From Octopus sinensis (taxonomy: Eukaryota): 64,000 bases of DNA. The position numbers and the translations under genes were made by a program. Below are positions 35,415 through 48,264 of this stretch, piece by piece. Below the pieces are notes generated by a model. It was not told the DNA's origin, did no database searches, and saw only the letters and a program-made list of their open reading frames with translations. Location of the stretch: contig NC_043003.1 of assembly GCF_006345805.1 (NCBI RefSeq), positions 14,136,001 through 14,200,000 of the forward strand, given 5' to 3'. Within the stretch, counting starts at the first letter, position 1, and every line of letters starts with the position of its first letter.

Positions 35415-35610
35415 CGGACGCCATGATAGATCATTAGCCACTATACACATTTTTTCTCTCTCCTTGTTTTTCTGTATACCTTTCTGTAGAAGAGCATAGG
35501 CTCGAAACGTAAAAGACTTTTTCTATTCCTGAGCGCTATACTAATACATCTGTTTGTTTTGTACACCACCTGTCTTCGTCTTTTGTTTATTTTCGTAAAC
35601 TTTCCCTATA
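35415..35610 (+). mobile_element. Penelope-like terminal-repeat fragment, best-folding hammerhead copy
   Basis: CTTT-CTGTAGA-A-GAGC-ATAG-GCTC-GAAAC-GTA-AAAG at 35480-35515; TA-rich flanks on both sides. Confidence 0.65.
35480..35515 (+). ncRNA. Minimal type-I hammerhead ribozyme-like motif (core variant A6U)
   Basis: Stem I CTTT/AAAG, stem II GAGC/GCTC, GAAA, palindromic ACGT helix III, GUA cleavage triplet. Activity untested; the A6 substitution would be expected to impair it. Confidence 0.5.
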
Positions 35611-35989
35611 TACATACATATATATATATATTATATATATATATATATATGTATGTATACATGCCCTTCCATTCGTGAACTGAATACTCAAACCACTAAG
35701 CTACACCCCTTCATACATTCAGCGATAGACATGTCAGTGGTATACTCAGCCACTTCACATGCTCTTTCAACAAGTAGGTTATCCTGTTGACACCTATACA
35801 TCGAAATCAACAGGAGAGTTCATCATTCATCGTGGTAGGGTCTTTATGTTTCATTTTGTTTTGTTTTGTATTACTTGTTTCAGTCCATTAAACTCTGGCC
35901 ATGCTGGAGCACAGCCTTAACACCAGTGCTTTCTCTTTTTTTAAGCCTGGGTACTTATTCTATGCCTCTGAAAGAAATAGAAGGTAAAA

Positions 35990-36076
35990 TTATATATGTA
36001 TGCATGTATGTATATATATATCAGCGTGTGTACAAATATATATATATATACATATGTATGTACATACATAACACAC

Positions 36077-36121
<45 letters not shown>

Positions 36122-36123
36122 AT

Positions 36124-36196
<73 letters not shown>

Positions 36197-36300
36197 CAAA
36201 TACCCACATCTATATCCCTTTCTCTCTCCGTGTGTCTGTGCATATACATACACACACACACACATACACGCTCGCACACACACACACCACACATGTACAA
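35990..36300. repeat. (TA)n/(CA)n compound microsatellite
   Basis: Direct reading. Confidence 0.95.
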
Positions 36301-39053
36301 ACACGCGCGTGTCTGTGCACACAATATATTGCCACAGCTGTTGCTAGGCAACGGTGGTCTCACGTCTCGATTGCGCAATCTAAGTAATACCAGCACACTT
36401 CAATTGCGTAATTAAACCCGACAATATCAGGAAAAAAATCAATCAAGCAGTTGTACCAAACTTACGACATTCCACTCAAACATGCTGTCACCTTCACACA
36501 GCTTTGACACACCCAAAACAACAGCATAACTCAATGGGGACAGCTTATATTTTTTTACCTCACAAACCTGGTTTTTTACATTCAGCATTGCTTCATTAAA
36601 TACAAATGCTCAATGTTGATTTTCTTCCCCCTTTTCAGGTTTATACAGCTACAGACTTGTTAGAAGCCTGTTGTATATAAGTATATATATATATGTATGT
36701 GTGTCTGTGTTTGTCCCCCCAACATCGCTTGACAACCGATGCAGGTGTGTTTACGTCCCCGTAACTTAGTGGTTCGGCAAAAGTACTAGGCTTACAAAGA
36801 ATAAGCTATGGGGTCGATTTGCTCAACTAAAGGCGGTGCTGCAGCATGGCCACAGTCAGATGACTGAAACAAGTAAAAAAGTAAAAGAGCAAAGAGTATA
36901 CACAATGATAGAATGATTAATATGGTAGTCAACAGTTTCCAACGATCAGAATTTGAGATCCAACAAGAATTTGCTCTGCCCTCCCTACTGCTTCTATCAT
37001 ATTTTATACCCTCACCCCTGGCATGAAGCTGATCCCACCCTGCTAAGTGTTCATAGTTACCTCAAGGTGTTTAACAATTTCAATATTCGTAAGTGCTAGG
37101 GGGCACAAAAGGAAAAAACATCCAGTAAAGGCTGTGAAGTGATTGGCATTAGAAAGGGAATTTGAACATAGAGGCCATACTAATGCAGACAGTGGAGCTG
37201 ACCAATTGCCTTATGATGGAAACTGTGTGGAAGCCTGTCATGTGTGTGTGTGTGTGTGTGTTTTGTGCCCATGTGTTTTTACCCTCCCTTGCTCTGCTTG
37301 ACAACTGCTGTCGGTTTGTTTACGTCCAGGTAACCTTGTGGTTCAGCAAAAGAGACCAACAGGATCATCATCATCATCATCATCATTTAACATCCGCTTT
37401 CCATGCTAGCATGGGTTGGACGATTTTGACTGAGGACTGGCAAACCAGATGGTTGCACCAGGTTCCAATCTTGATCTGGCAGAGTTTCTACAACTGGATG
37501 CCCTTCCTAATGCAAAACCACTCCAAGAGTGTAGTGGGTGCATTTTACGTGCCACCGGCACGGGGGCCTGTCAGGTGGTACTGGCAATGACCTCGTTCGA
37601 ATCTTTTTACACATGCCACCAGCACAGGTGCCAGCAAGGCGACGTTAGTAACAATCACGCTCGAACGGTGCCCTTTTACATGCCACCGGCACGGAAGCCA
37701 GTTGGCTGCTCTGGCAATGATCACGCTCGGATGGTGCTCTTGGATGACTTTTAAAAAAGGCATTGGAGTTGATGTGTTCGACTAAAACTGTTAAGTTGGT
37801 GCTCCAGTATGGCCACAGTCCAATGACAGAAACATGTAAAAGAGAAACAGTAAAAGTGTCTGAAATGCCATGAGTTTAAGTTCTGTCATTACCACAGCTT
37901 TTAGAATATTACTCCACTTGCTTCCGTTGCATGAAATGAAAAATATAAAAATCTGCACAATCCATCACGACAAAGGAGGTGTTGGAGAGAAAAAAAAAAG
38001 AAGTGCTTTAATATCCACCTATTCTTGAGACTTCTATAAAGCAATCAAACCAACCTATGAAAGATAATGTTCTTAAATACATGTTTAAGACATAGAATAT
38101 GAAGACCAAGCGATAAGATCCGTGCTGTTAATGGTTTATAAAGTGTGGTGGACACTAAGTTAAGTTAAGCTGATAACAGGGATTACAATATGTTTACAAG
38201 AAGACATAGATATGAAATGAAATACTGAAAATTTTGACAACTGGCTGTAGATTATTTAAGGGAAAAAATACCCTAAAATGTGAAAGATTCCTTTAGAAAA
38301 ATACAAGAAAGAAAGGAAAATCAAACTGGTTATTCTAAACATTTAAATTATGATAGATAGGTGTAGAAATAGCTGAGTACTTAAAATAGCCAGAAAATGG
38401 AAAAAAATAAGTTAGAAATATTCATGTATGAGAGCAACTTGCTTGCGATACGGTATGAAATTATTAGTTAGCAAGACATAAAGATCGACGATGGAGCTCT
38501 TACAGATCCAGAATAGTGCAAATCTTATTTGACAACATAATATACAGGAGGGATGAGAACAGAGGAGGGAGACAGAGATAAGAGCTTAAAAAAAGATATC
38601 AAACAACAACGAAATGAAGTGTGCTTCTATTCAAGGATATCAGAATTTGATCGTAAACAAAAGGGAAAAAGAAAAGTGTTGAAATTGCTAAAAAGCATTT
38701 CGGTGAGAGAAAATGTACTTTAGTATTAAGAACCAATATTAGACTAGGTTGTTTAAGGAAATGTGTTATTAGTGGCGACTGCTACATAAAGGCTCAGATT
38801 TAAGAGCCAAGCTACAGAACTGAAAGAAAGAATACTAAAATAAATAAAAATAGACATGGGAATAATATGTCATCTGAGAATATCGTTAAGACATGAAAAA
38901 TACTGTAAAATCTTGGCACCGAAATTAGCAACTTATATTTAATCCATGCTGTCCAAACTAATACATAATCATGTTAATTTGCGAATGTATTTTTAAATTG
39001 TTGAAAATATAGGTGCAGGTGTGGCTGTGTGGTAAGAAGCTTGCTTCCCAACC

Positions 39054-39290
39054 GGGAAGGCGGTGAACCGGCAGAAACGTTAGCACACCGGGCAAAATGC
39101 TTAGCGGTATTTCGTCTGCCGCTACGTTTTCAGTTCAAATTCTGCAGAGGTCGACTTTGCCATTCATCCTTTTGGGGTCGATAAATTAAGTACCAGTTAC
39201 GCACTGGGGGTCAATGTAATCAACTTAATCCGTTTGTCTGTCCTTGTTTGTTCCCTGTATGTTTAGCTCCTTATGGGCAATAAAGAAATA
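39054..39290 (+). mobile_element. SINE family M inserted into the head of a family A copy, about 21-bp TSD
   Basis: TAAGAAGCTTGCTTCCCAACC (39033-39053) vs TAAGAAGCTTGCTTCCAAACC (39289-39309). Confidence 0.9.
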
Positions 39291-39917
39291 AGAAGCTTGC
39301 TTCCAAACCACATGGTTCTGGGTTCAGTCCCACTGCGTGGCACCTTGGGCAAGTGTCTTCTACTATGGCCTTGTCTCAACTAATGCCTTGTGAATGGATT
39401 TGGTAGACAGAAACTGAAAGAAGCAAATCCTATATACATATAAACACACACACAAATAAAATGATGAAGGTGGTTACATGCAATTTAAAACCCAAAAGGA
39501 AAAATTCACCATCACTAAAACTGATGAAGGGTGCAGGGCAGCACCAGCATTGCTAGAAACAAGAGTCAAAAACTCTTTAGCCATGAACAAGGCACAGTTC
39601 TACGTACTGACAAGAGAAACAACCTCCACACCGCAAACAAGGACATCAGATTGGCATGCCAATATCGCATTAAATCAATGCTCATCAGTGATGTTACTCC
39701 ATCACTAGTGGTTAAGCTGAATTCCATTTCTCAGTATTTATAGAATTTACCATAAGAATCAATGGCTGATTCAGCAAAATGGTAATGTGAAAATCATAAA
39801 ATGAGTAAGGTGGCTAGACGCAATTTTAAACCAAGAAGGAAAAATTCACTGTCATTAAAAGTGACTAGGGGACAGTGCAGCTCCAGCATTGCTAGAAACA
39901 ATAGTCAAAGACTCTTA

Positions 39918-39948
<31 letters not shown>

Positions 39949-40441
39949 ATCAATTTGTCTCCCCACTACTGCTTGATAATCAGTGTTGGTATGTTTACAT
40001 CCCTGTAACTTAGCAGTTCAGCAAAAGAGACTGATAGAATAAGTGCTAGGCTTAAAAATAAGTCGTGTGGGGCAACTTGCTGGACCAAGTCCCTTCAAGG
40101 CAGTGCCCCAGGATGGCTGCAGTCAAATGACTGAAACAAGTAAAAGATAAAAAATATCAAAACAAACTTTTGCATTTATTCTTTAGGTTTAATGCAAGAA
40201 ACTGCATCCTGTTTCAACATCAACTTTTCTGTGCTTGCATGGGCTGGAAGGAGTTTACTGAGGCGGATTTTTATGTGGCTGGATGCCCTTCCTGTTGCGA
40301 ACCCTCACTTATTCCCAAGCGAGGTAATATTTCTCCCAATTGCAAACAAACGACACTGCTTGTATGACAGTGACACTTGTTTACATCTGGCATGCAATGT
40401 CAAGACAAGAAAACAAACTTGCACACATGCACGCACACATG

Positions 40442-40482
<41 letters not shown>

Positions 40483-40593
40483 CATTCACTCGGCTTACCA
40501 ACCATGTCACCCACCCAAGAAGTAGAATTGAACCAGTGTGTGTGTTAATAATATTGATATAATGACCTTCCCTAGACACAACAGAATATTTAA

Positions 40594-40815
40594 CCTTTCA
40601 GCATTTAAACCGGTCATATCCGGTCAAAAGTATTCAGCCTGTTTTATGTTCAAACTGGCCAGATCTGGTCTCTCACACCAACTCCACAATGCCATTTTAA
40701 AAATTAACAGCTACCTCATCAAAATTTCATGGCTACAAGATTAATGAATGATTAGTTCAAAACAATGTGGATAAAAAAGGATTAATTTTGGCAGAATAAT
40801 GTGAACAGTAAAAGG
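40594..40815. mobile_element. TTAA-type MITE P1
   Basis: TTAA|CCTTTCAGCATT ... AGTAAAAGG|TTAA; body homologous to the other P1 copies. Confidence 0.75.
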
Positions 40816-40863
40816 TTAAAATGACTTTCCTTTCTTTTTTTATTATTATGGTATTTTTATTAT

Positions 40864-41036
40864 TAGGCACAGGAGTGGCTGTGTGGTAAGTAGCTTGTTT
40901 ACCAACCACATGGTTCTGGGTTCAGTCCCACTGCGTGGCACCTTGGGCAAGTGTCTTCTACTATAGCCTCGGGCCAACCAAAGCCTTGTGAGTGGATTTG
41001 GTAGACGGAAACTGAAAGAAGCCCGTCGTATATATA

Positions 41037-41090
<54 letters not shown>

Positions 41091-41335
41091 ATATATATAT
41101 ATGCGTGTGTGTGTGTGTTTGTGTGTCTGTGTTTGTCCCCCTAGCATTGCTTGACAACCGATGCTGGTATGTTTATGTCCCCGTTACTTAGCGGTTCGGC
41201 AAAAGAGACCGATAGAATAAGTACTGGGCTTACAAAAAGAATAAGTCCCGGGGTCGAGTTGCTCGATTAAAGGCGGTGCTCCAGCATGGCCGCAGTCAAA
41301 TGACTGAAACAAGTAAAAGGGTAAAAGAGAGAGTA
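40864..41335 (+). mobile_element. SINE family A, near-consensus
   Basis: Complete head to tail. Other largely complete copies lie at about 23125-23535, 34918-35270, 44475-44890, 47665-48015(-), 53420-53812 and 60645-61020(-). Confidence 0.92.
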
Positions 41336-42324
41336 TGATGTGATTTGAATGAGATTTGGTTACTATTCTAGCTGGTCAAGCAGGCAGGTAACTGCATAGA
41401 AGCTTTCTTGTTGGCTCATAGATAATTTGTAATTTATTATGGTGTCAGAGAGGTTGAGAAAGGAGCATACACAATGACAATCCTGAAGTATTAACTATAT
41501 ATTCTCCCAGCAGTGGACCTGTTTATGAGAAAGAAGAGTGATTTACTGAAAAACACACACACACACAAATACAGAAAATACAACGGTTAGAATAAACTCC
41601 ATTAGATAAAGCAGATAGTAACATTTTTTTAAAGGTATCTAAGAGCAAGTGGTAATAGGTAGTAGGAACGTACAGAAGAAAAAAAAGAATTAATAGAAGA
41701 GACACCTGTGGCCGACAGTTACCCGGGGTGACAAACAGACAAAGAAAGATACAAAATCTCGGAGAAGACTTTAACATGGCTAAGATCTCCCTCCCTCCCT
41801 CTCTCTTTCCGCTCTCTTTTGTTACAAGGGAGAAAGAAACATCACCGTTCATTCGAATAACCTCTAAATGCAAAACGATGATGATGACAATGACGATGAT
41901 GACGATGACGATGATGATGGTAATGGCAATAATCAATATATACATACAGAGTCATTGTAAACAGTGGTTTGAAAGTAATTTCAGACTTATATCATGTGAC
42001 TATTGCTAATGATTGTATAATTTATTTATCCAAGTGAATAACAGCACCTGGCAACAATTAACAGTCAATGTATTATAAAACAGGTACAATAAATAATTCA
42101 GATTGAATACACGATCATCGTGTGCAGTGGGGGGTGGGGGTAGGAGAGGAAATGTTGAAGGTTTGTGCATCTTTTGTGTTGTTACTGTTGTTGTTTTTGT
42201 TCCCCGACCAACCACGATCAAGCAGACCTATGGTTAAAGGCATTCTAGCCATGACCATTCCATCTTTGTTCATGTCATACATACCTCTGACTGTACTATT
42301 TAAAGCGTCCTATTTTTAAGTTGG

Positions 42325-42755
42325 TAGGGTGTGATTTGACGGAGAATTGGCAGTGTGATTTGACAGGAACTTGACGGTGTGTATTAGACTGGGACTTGGG
42401 GAGTTGAGAGTGTGATTTGACTGGGATTTGAGGGTGTATATTTGATGGTGACTTGAAGGCATGCTTTGACGGGGACTTGAGGGTGTATATTTGACGGTGA
42501 CTTGAAGGCATGATCTGACGGGGACTTGAGGGTGTGTATTTGACAGGGACTTGAAGGCATGATTTGAGAGGGATTTGAAAGTTTGTTTTGACAGGATTTG
42601 AGGGTGTGATTTAACGGCGAGTTGAGGATGTGATTCAACTGAGACTTGAGGGTGTGTAATATGATGGGGACTTGAATGTGTAATTTGAAGGGGACTTGAG
42701 GGTGCGATTTAATGGGGAGTTGAGGGTGTGATTTGACAGGGACTTAAAAGTGTCA
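42325..42755. repeat. 24-25 bp minisatellite (GGGTGTGATTTGACGGGGACTTGA) with a 49-bp dimeric core
   Basis: The GGGTG unit recurs at 42432, 42481 and 42530, alternating with an AGGCATG variant. Confidence 0.9.
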
Positions 42756-43269
42756 TGTATGATAATTTTTGGTTGGGTTTCTGGGTTTTACCGGAAATGT
42801 AAATGGTCAATTCAACCAGCGATGAGATGCATTCATTGAGCAATCGATCACTAACCAATGGTAAAAATCATATTAAAACATTATTTTATTAAATTCACAG
42901 CAAACCTACAATGGCTGGGTGGTTATGAAGCTCACTTTGAAATTGAGGTTTTGGGTTCAGACTCACTGCATGGCACCTTGTGGCCAGTATCTTTTACTAT
43001 AGCCTGAAGTCAGTTAATGCTTTGTGAATAAATCTAATAGACAGAAATTGTTTGGAAGCCCATCGCAGATGTGTGTATGTGAGTGTGACTGCGTGCCTTT
43101 GTCACATACCCCACCCATTGTTGGTTTGTTTACATCTTTGTAACATAGTGATTTGGCAAAAGAAACCGATAGAATCAGTACCAGACTTATAAACCTATAA
43201 TATTCTTATTAATAGCAATTATTAAATAACTCAGTTATCAAAACAAACAAACAAACAAACAAATAATAA

Positions 43270-43489
43270 TAATATTTGTTTCAAATTCTGCCATAAGGGC
43301 AGCAATTTGTGGGGAGGGGCTGAGTCAATCACATCAACCCTAGTGTTTCACTGGTACTTCATTTATTTACCCCCAAAAGGATGAAAGGCAAAGTTGACCT
43401 CAGCAGAAATTGAACTCACAACATAGTGATGGGCAAAATACCACTAAGCATTTTGACCAGTGTGCTAACGATTCTGCCAACTCGCCGCT

Positions 43490-43531
<42 letters not shown>

Positions 43532-43748
43532 TAATAATAATAATAATCCTTTCTACTAAAGGCACAAATTTGGTGGGAGGGGGCTAGTCAATTACATCGA
43601 CCCCAGTACCCAACTGGTACTTAATTTATCAACCCAGAAAGGATGTAAGACAAAGTCGACCTTGGCGAAACTTGAACTCAGAACATAAAAATGGACTAAA
43701 TTCCGCTAAGCAATTCACCTGGTAAGCAAACATTTCTGCCAACTTGCC
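43270..43748 (-). mobile_element. Two tandem SINE family M copies with tail 2, embedded in (AAT)n
   Basis: Same head and core as tail-1 copies but with a CCCCTCCCC...GCCCTT...AATTTGAAAC-type 3' end; (AAT)n before and between the copies. Confidence 0.8.
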
Positions 43749-43809
43749 GTGATGATGATGATGATGATGATGATAGTGACGGTGGTGGTGACGGTGATGG
43801 TGGTGGTGG

Positions 43810-43855
<46 letters not shown>

Positions 43856-44653
43856 AGCAACAGTGGTGGTGGTGGTGATGATGATGATACTGAAGCCTTA
43901 AATTTTGTAGGTTTAGAATTTTTAATAAGATTGAGTAATTGCAATAAACAATTTCATAGCTTGTCCTTATTTGAAATTTCTTGAGTCAAGAGAACGGAAA
44001 AAAAGTGAAGAAGGAAAAAAACAAAAAAACTTGAAATCAAGAAAGGACTGTGTAGATAAATGATATTCAGGTCAGGACAACAGATACAGGTAAGTATAAA
44101 AACTTAAGGGCTACAAGCAAACAAAGGCGGAAAAGGTACAATGAAAGTAGTTAACAGTAGCCATGGATACAAGACGGCAGTAATCGTAGTCATGGTTTGT
44201 TGTTGTTATTATTATGTTAGCAGTTGGAGTGAAAACAAAAACAAACAATAAAAAAAGGAGAGAAAAGAAATGAGAGAATGGGTTTGTAAAAAGGAGCTTA
44301 AAGGATAGTCAGAAAAATATTGTTTCATTTAGAGGAAATTTTATAGTAAAAACCCTTAAACCTCACTATAACAACTGTAGTAAAATTGATGCAAGTTGCT
44401 GTGTAGTTGTGGGGAAAGATGAAGGATGTCGTGATTAAATAGATTGTAAAAAAAAAAAAAAATGTTGCTTTATTAGGTGCAGGAGTGGCTGTGTGGTAAG
44501 TAGCTTGCTTACCAACCAAATGGTTCCGGGTTCAATCCCACTGCATGGCACCTTGGGCAAGTGTCTTCTACTATAGCCTCAGGCTGACCAAAGCCTTGTG
44601 AATGGATTTGGTAGCCGGAAACTGAAAAGAAGCCTGTCGTATATATGTATATG

Positions 44654-44686
<33 letters not shown>

Positions 44687-45132
44687 CTGTGTTTGTTCCC
44701 CCAACATCACTTGACAACCGATGCTGGTGTGTTTATGTCCCCCGTAACTTAGCGGTTCGGCAAAAGAGACTGATAGAATAAGTACTAGGCTTACAAAGAA
44801 TAAGTCCTGGGGTTGGTTTGCTCAACTAAAGCAGTGCTCTAGCATGGCCGCAGTCAAATGACTGAAACAAGTAAAAGAGTAAAAGAGTATATATGCTAAG
44901 TTACAGGGATGTAAACACATCAACACCAATTGTCAAGCAGTGGCGGGAGACAAATAAAGAGACACACACACATATATATACAGTAGGCGTTCAGTTTCTG
45001 CCTACCGAATTCATTCACAAGGCTTTGTTTGGCTATAGTAGGAGACACTTGTTCGAGGTGCAACACAGTAGGACTGAACCCAGAATTATGTGGTTTAAAA
45101 GCAAACTTCTTACCACAAAGCCATACCTAGAC

Positions 45133-45146
45133 AGAGATAGATAGAT

Positions 45147-45218
<72 letters not shown>

Positions 45219-45243
45219 GGATGGATGGATGGATGGATGGATG

Positions 45244-45296
<53 letters not shown>

Positions 45297-45420
45297 GTAG
45301 ATAGATAGATATATAGATAGATAGATAGGTAGATAGATAGATAGATAGATAGACAGGTAGATGGATAGATAGATGGACAGATCGATAGATAGACAGATAA
45401 ATAGACAGACACATAGATAT
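45133..45420. repeat. (TAGA)n-(TGGA)n-(TAGA)n tetranucleotide array
   Basis: Direct reading. Confidence 0.95.
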
Positions 45421-45505
45421 ACAAACATCTATACATATATTATATATATATATGTATGTATGTATGTATTTATATATATTTGCACACACAGATACATAGC
45501 TTATG

Positions 45506-45536
<31 letters not shown>

Positions 45537-47124
45537 ATGCAAAATCAAAGATTAAACGGACCAAATTGAAGATTGGAAAGAGTCATAGAAAGTACAGTTT
45601 GGATGAAACATGTGGCATCATGCATGGAATGTTTTATTTCGTCAGAATCTGAAATTCCAATCAGCTCAAAGGAGCTTATTCTTATTTAGTTCACTGCTAA
45701 AAACTAGTACAGATTCATAAGAAGCAACGATTAACTGAAGAATCAATTGAAATTCGTCTTTAGCAAGTGTTCTTTCTTCGGCGCTAACAGCGGTTTATAC
45801 TGCTTTTCTGACTAATATAAGATTTTCATTAAGTAATCTTAGCGAAGCAGAAAAAAAATTTCTGGTTAACTTTTCTTACTGATCTCTTCTTACATACCAA
45901 TTTAAGTGAGAATTAGTGGAAAAACTTCGTTTCAAAGATAAAAAAAAAAAATACAAATATATAAATACATATATAAAAAAAAAATATAGTATTTACTTCG
46001 GCAAGAAGGCTAAAGAAACTTTTTCATTCTCTGTACCAATATCAACAGCACTTTTCACTTATATTGCAAATGATGTTTGCTAAGTTTTATTGGAAACTCA
46101 GGGGAAGTTGTTACTGAATGCTGATTGAAATGTCCAATAGCTTGAGAAAATATCAGAAAGCATTGGTTTCATTTTCATTTCTTTCGCCTCACCCCCACCC
46201 CCCACATTGCATTTTGCTCTCCTCTTACTTTTTTCTCCCCATCTTTTCTTCTTGCTCTCCCTCTCTTCTTGCTCTCCTTGCTCGCTCACTCAAACACACA
46301 CACACACACACACAATCCGTTCTTCTTTATTTCTTACTCAAACACTAACTACTTCAGATGGAACTAAATAATCCATCAATAAACAGGATTCGAAAATGAA
46401 GTCAGAGCGAAAACATGAAGCAAAGTAATATTTCCAGAAAACTCTGTGCTGGAGTCACATTAACATCAAATGCAAGTGCAGTTAATATTGTCGGCGTTGG
46501 TACTCATGAAAAGCAATCTATCTATCTTTATGAAACAGAATAAAATCAAACCCAAATCAAAGAGACGGAATAAAAGTGAAATTCCCAAAGCTAACTTTGG
46601 AGGGGAAATCAAGATAACCAGAGAGAGAAAGCGAAAGCGAAAGAGAAAGAGAATCGAGATAAACCAGAGAAAACCAGAAACCGCATTTCCTTATTTTTAA
46701 TATTCCAGTCACAGAAAACCGAGAAGAACTACTATCAGATCTCTCAACTAATAGGAGAAATGTTTAATTTAATCACATCCAATTTCCTATTATCGACATG
46801 AAAATAGTGCATAAAAGTCAACAACTCGAAAGCGAGGTGGAGAATAAACTAGTACTTGGTTTACGTCGCAGTTAAGTATATTGGTATAGCAGCATAAATA
46901 AATGAATAAATAAATAATAAATAAATGCTAAAAAGTCCAATCCTCTTTGAGGTGTTTGGTACACATCGAAGGAAAGAAAGAAAAAATGGTTTTATTCCTA
47001 GTTTTAATCCAGTGTTTTTTAATGGAATGGAACAGAAAGATGAGAAAATTATGATTAGACCATGGATGTTTTTTTTTGTTATTTGTTATTTCTTATTTAG
47101 TTATTTGCATATGATTATTTATAC

Positions 47125-48264
47125 CAGTGGTTCTTAACTGTTATTTTGTCTATGGACCCCTTTCGTTCCTATTTTACTCCACTGGACCCTAATAAACATT
47201 TGATGTTTTGAAAAAATCCCGTTATATTTTAATAAGTCAAAATTGGTTTCAAGTTCTGGCACAAGGCCACCAATTTCAGGGAAGTGGGCAAGTTGATTAC
47301 AGGTTAGATTGACTCCAACAGGTACGTGTTTTATCGACCCCAAGCGGATGAAAGGCAGTGTCAGCCTCGGCAGAATCTGAACTCAGAAAGCAAAGAACAA
47401 AATGCTGCTAAGCATTTCATCCAGCATGCAAACGATTCTGCTAGCTCACTACCTTAATAATAATAATAATAATTAAAAACTGATTTCAAATTCTGGTACA
47501 AGGCCAGCAATTTAGGGGGGAGAAGTAGGTTGATTACATCAACCTCAGTATTAACTGGTACTTATTTTTATCAACCCCAAACGGAATTGCATTTGAAAAA
47601 TTGCTAAAATATTTTGTGCATTATAGAAGTATAACCAATTAATTGCAGTTAAACGTTAACTCTTTACTCTTTTACTTGTTTCAGTCATTTGACTGCGGCC
47701 ATGCTGGAGCACCACCTTTAATCGAGCAACTCGACCCCGGGACTTATTCTTTTGTAAGCCCAGTACTTATTCTATCGGTCTGTTTTGCCAAACCGCTAAG
47801 TGACGGGGACGTAAACACACCAGCATCGGTTGTCAAGCAATGCTAGGGGGACAAACACATATATATATATATATACATATATACGACAGGCTTCTTTCAG
47901 TTTCCGTCTACCAAATCCACTCACAAGGCATTGCCCAAGATGCCACGCAGTGGGACTGAACCCGGAACCATGTGGTTGGTTAGCAAGCTACTTACCACAC
48001 AGCCACTCCTGCGCCTATATATATATGAAATCTTATTATATAACTTTCTAAAACCTCTCCTTTCCTTATTTTTGGCATTAGGAAGGACATCCAGCTGTTG
48101 AAACCAAGCTAAAATAGATTCAAGCCTAGCGCAGCTTTCCGGCTTACCAGCCCCAGTGAAACCATTTTACCCATGCTAGCATGGAAAACGGAAGCTACGT
48201 GATGAAGATGATGATGATGGTGGTGGACCCCCAGGGTCACTTGGACCCTTGTTGAAAACCACTG
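47125..48264. mobile_element. hAT-type non-autonomous element with nested SINE and RTE insertions
   Basis: TIRs CAGTGGTTCTTAAC / GTTGAAAACCACTG; 8-bp TSD ATTTATAC (47117-47124) vs ATTTACAC (48265-48272). Confidence 0.75.

Noticed and set aside
36620-36665. Strong-looking plus-strand acceptor TTTTCTTCCCCTTTTCAG
   Set aside because: It runs into a truncated SINE within 30 bp and has no credible donor.
39521-39562. CTGATGA ... GAAAC spacing
   Set aside because: The intervening sequence does not close a stem II adjacent to GAAA, no stem I is present, and the paralogous copy lacks the motif.
42325-42755. CRISPR-like repeat-spacer appearance (also 16609-18070)
   Set aside because: Units are contiguous or separated by GT repeats rather than unique spacers; the context is eukaryotic and no cas genes are present.
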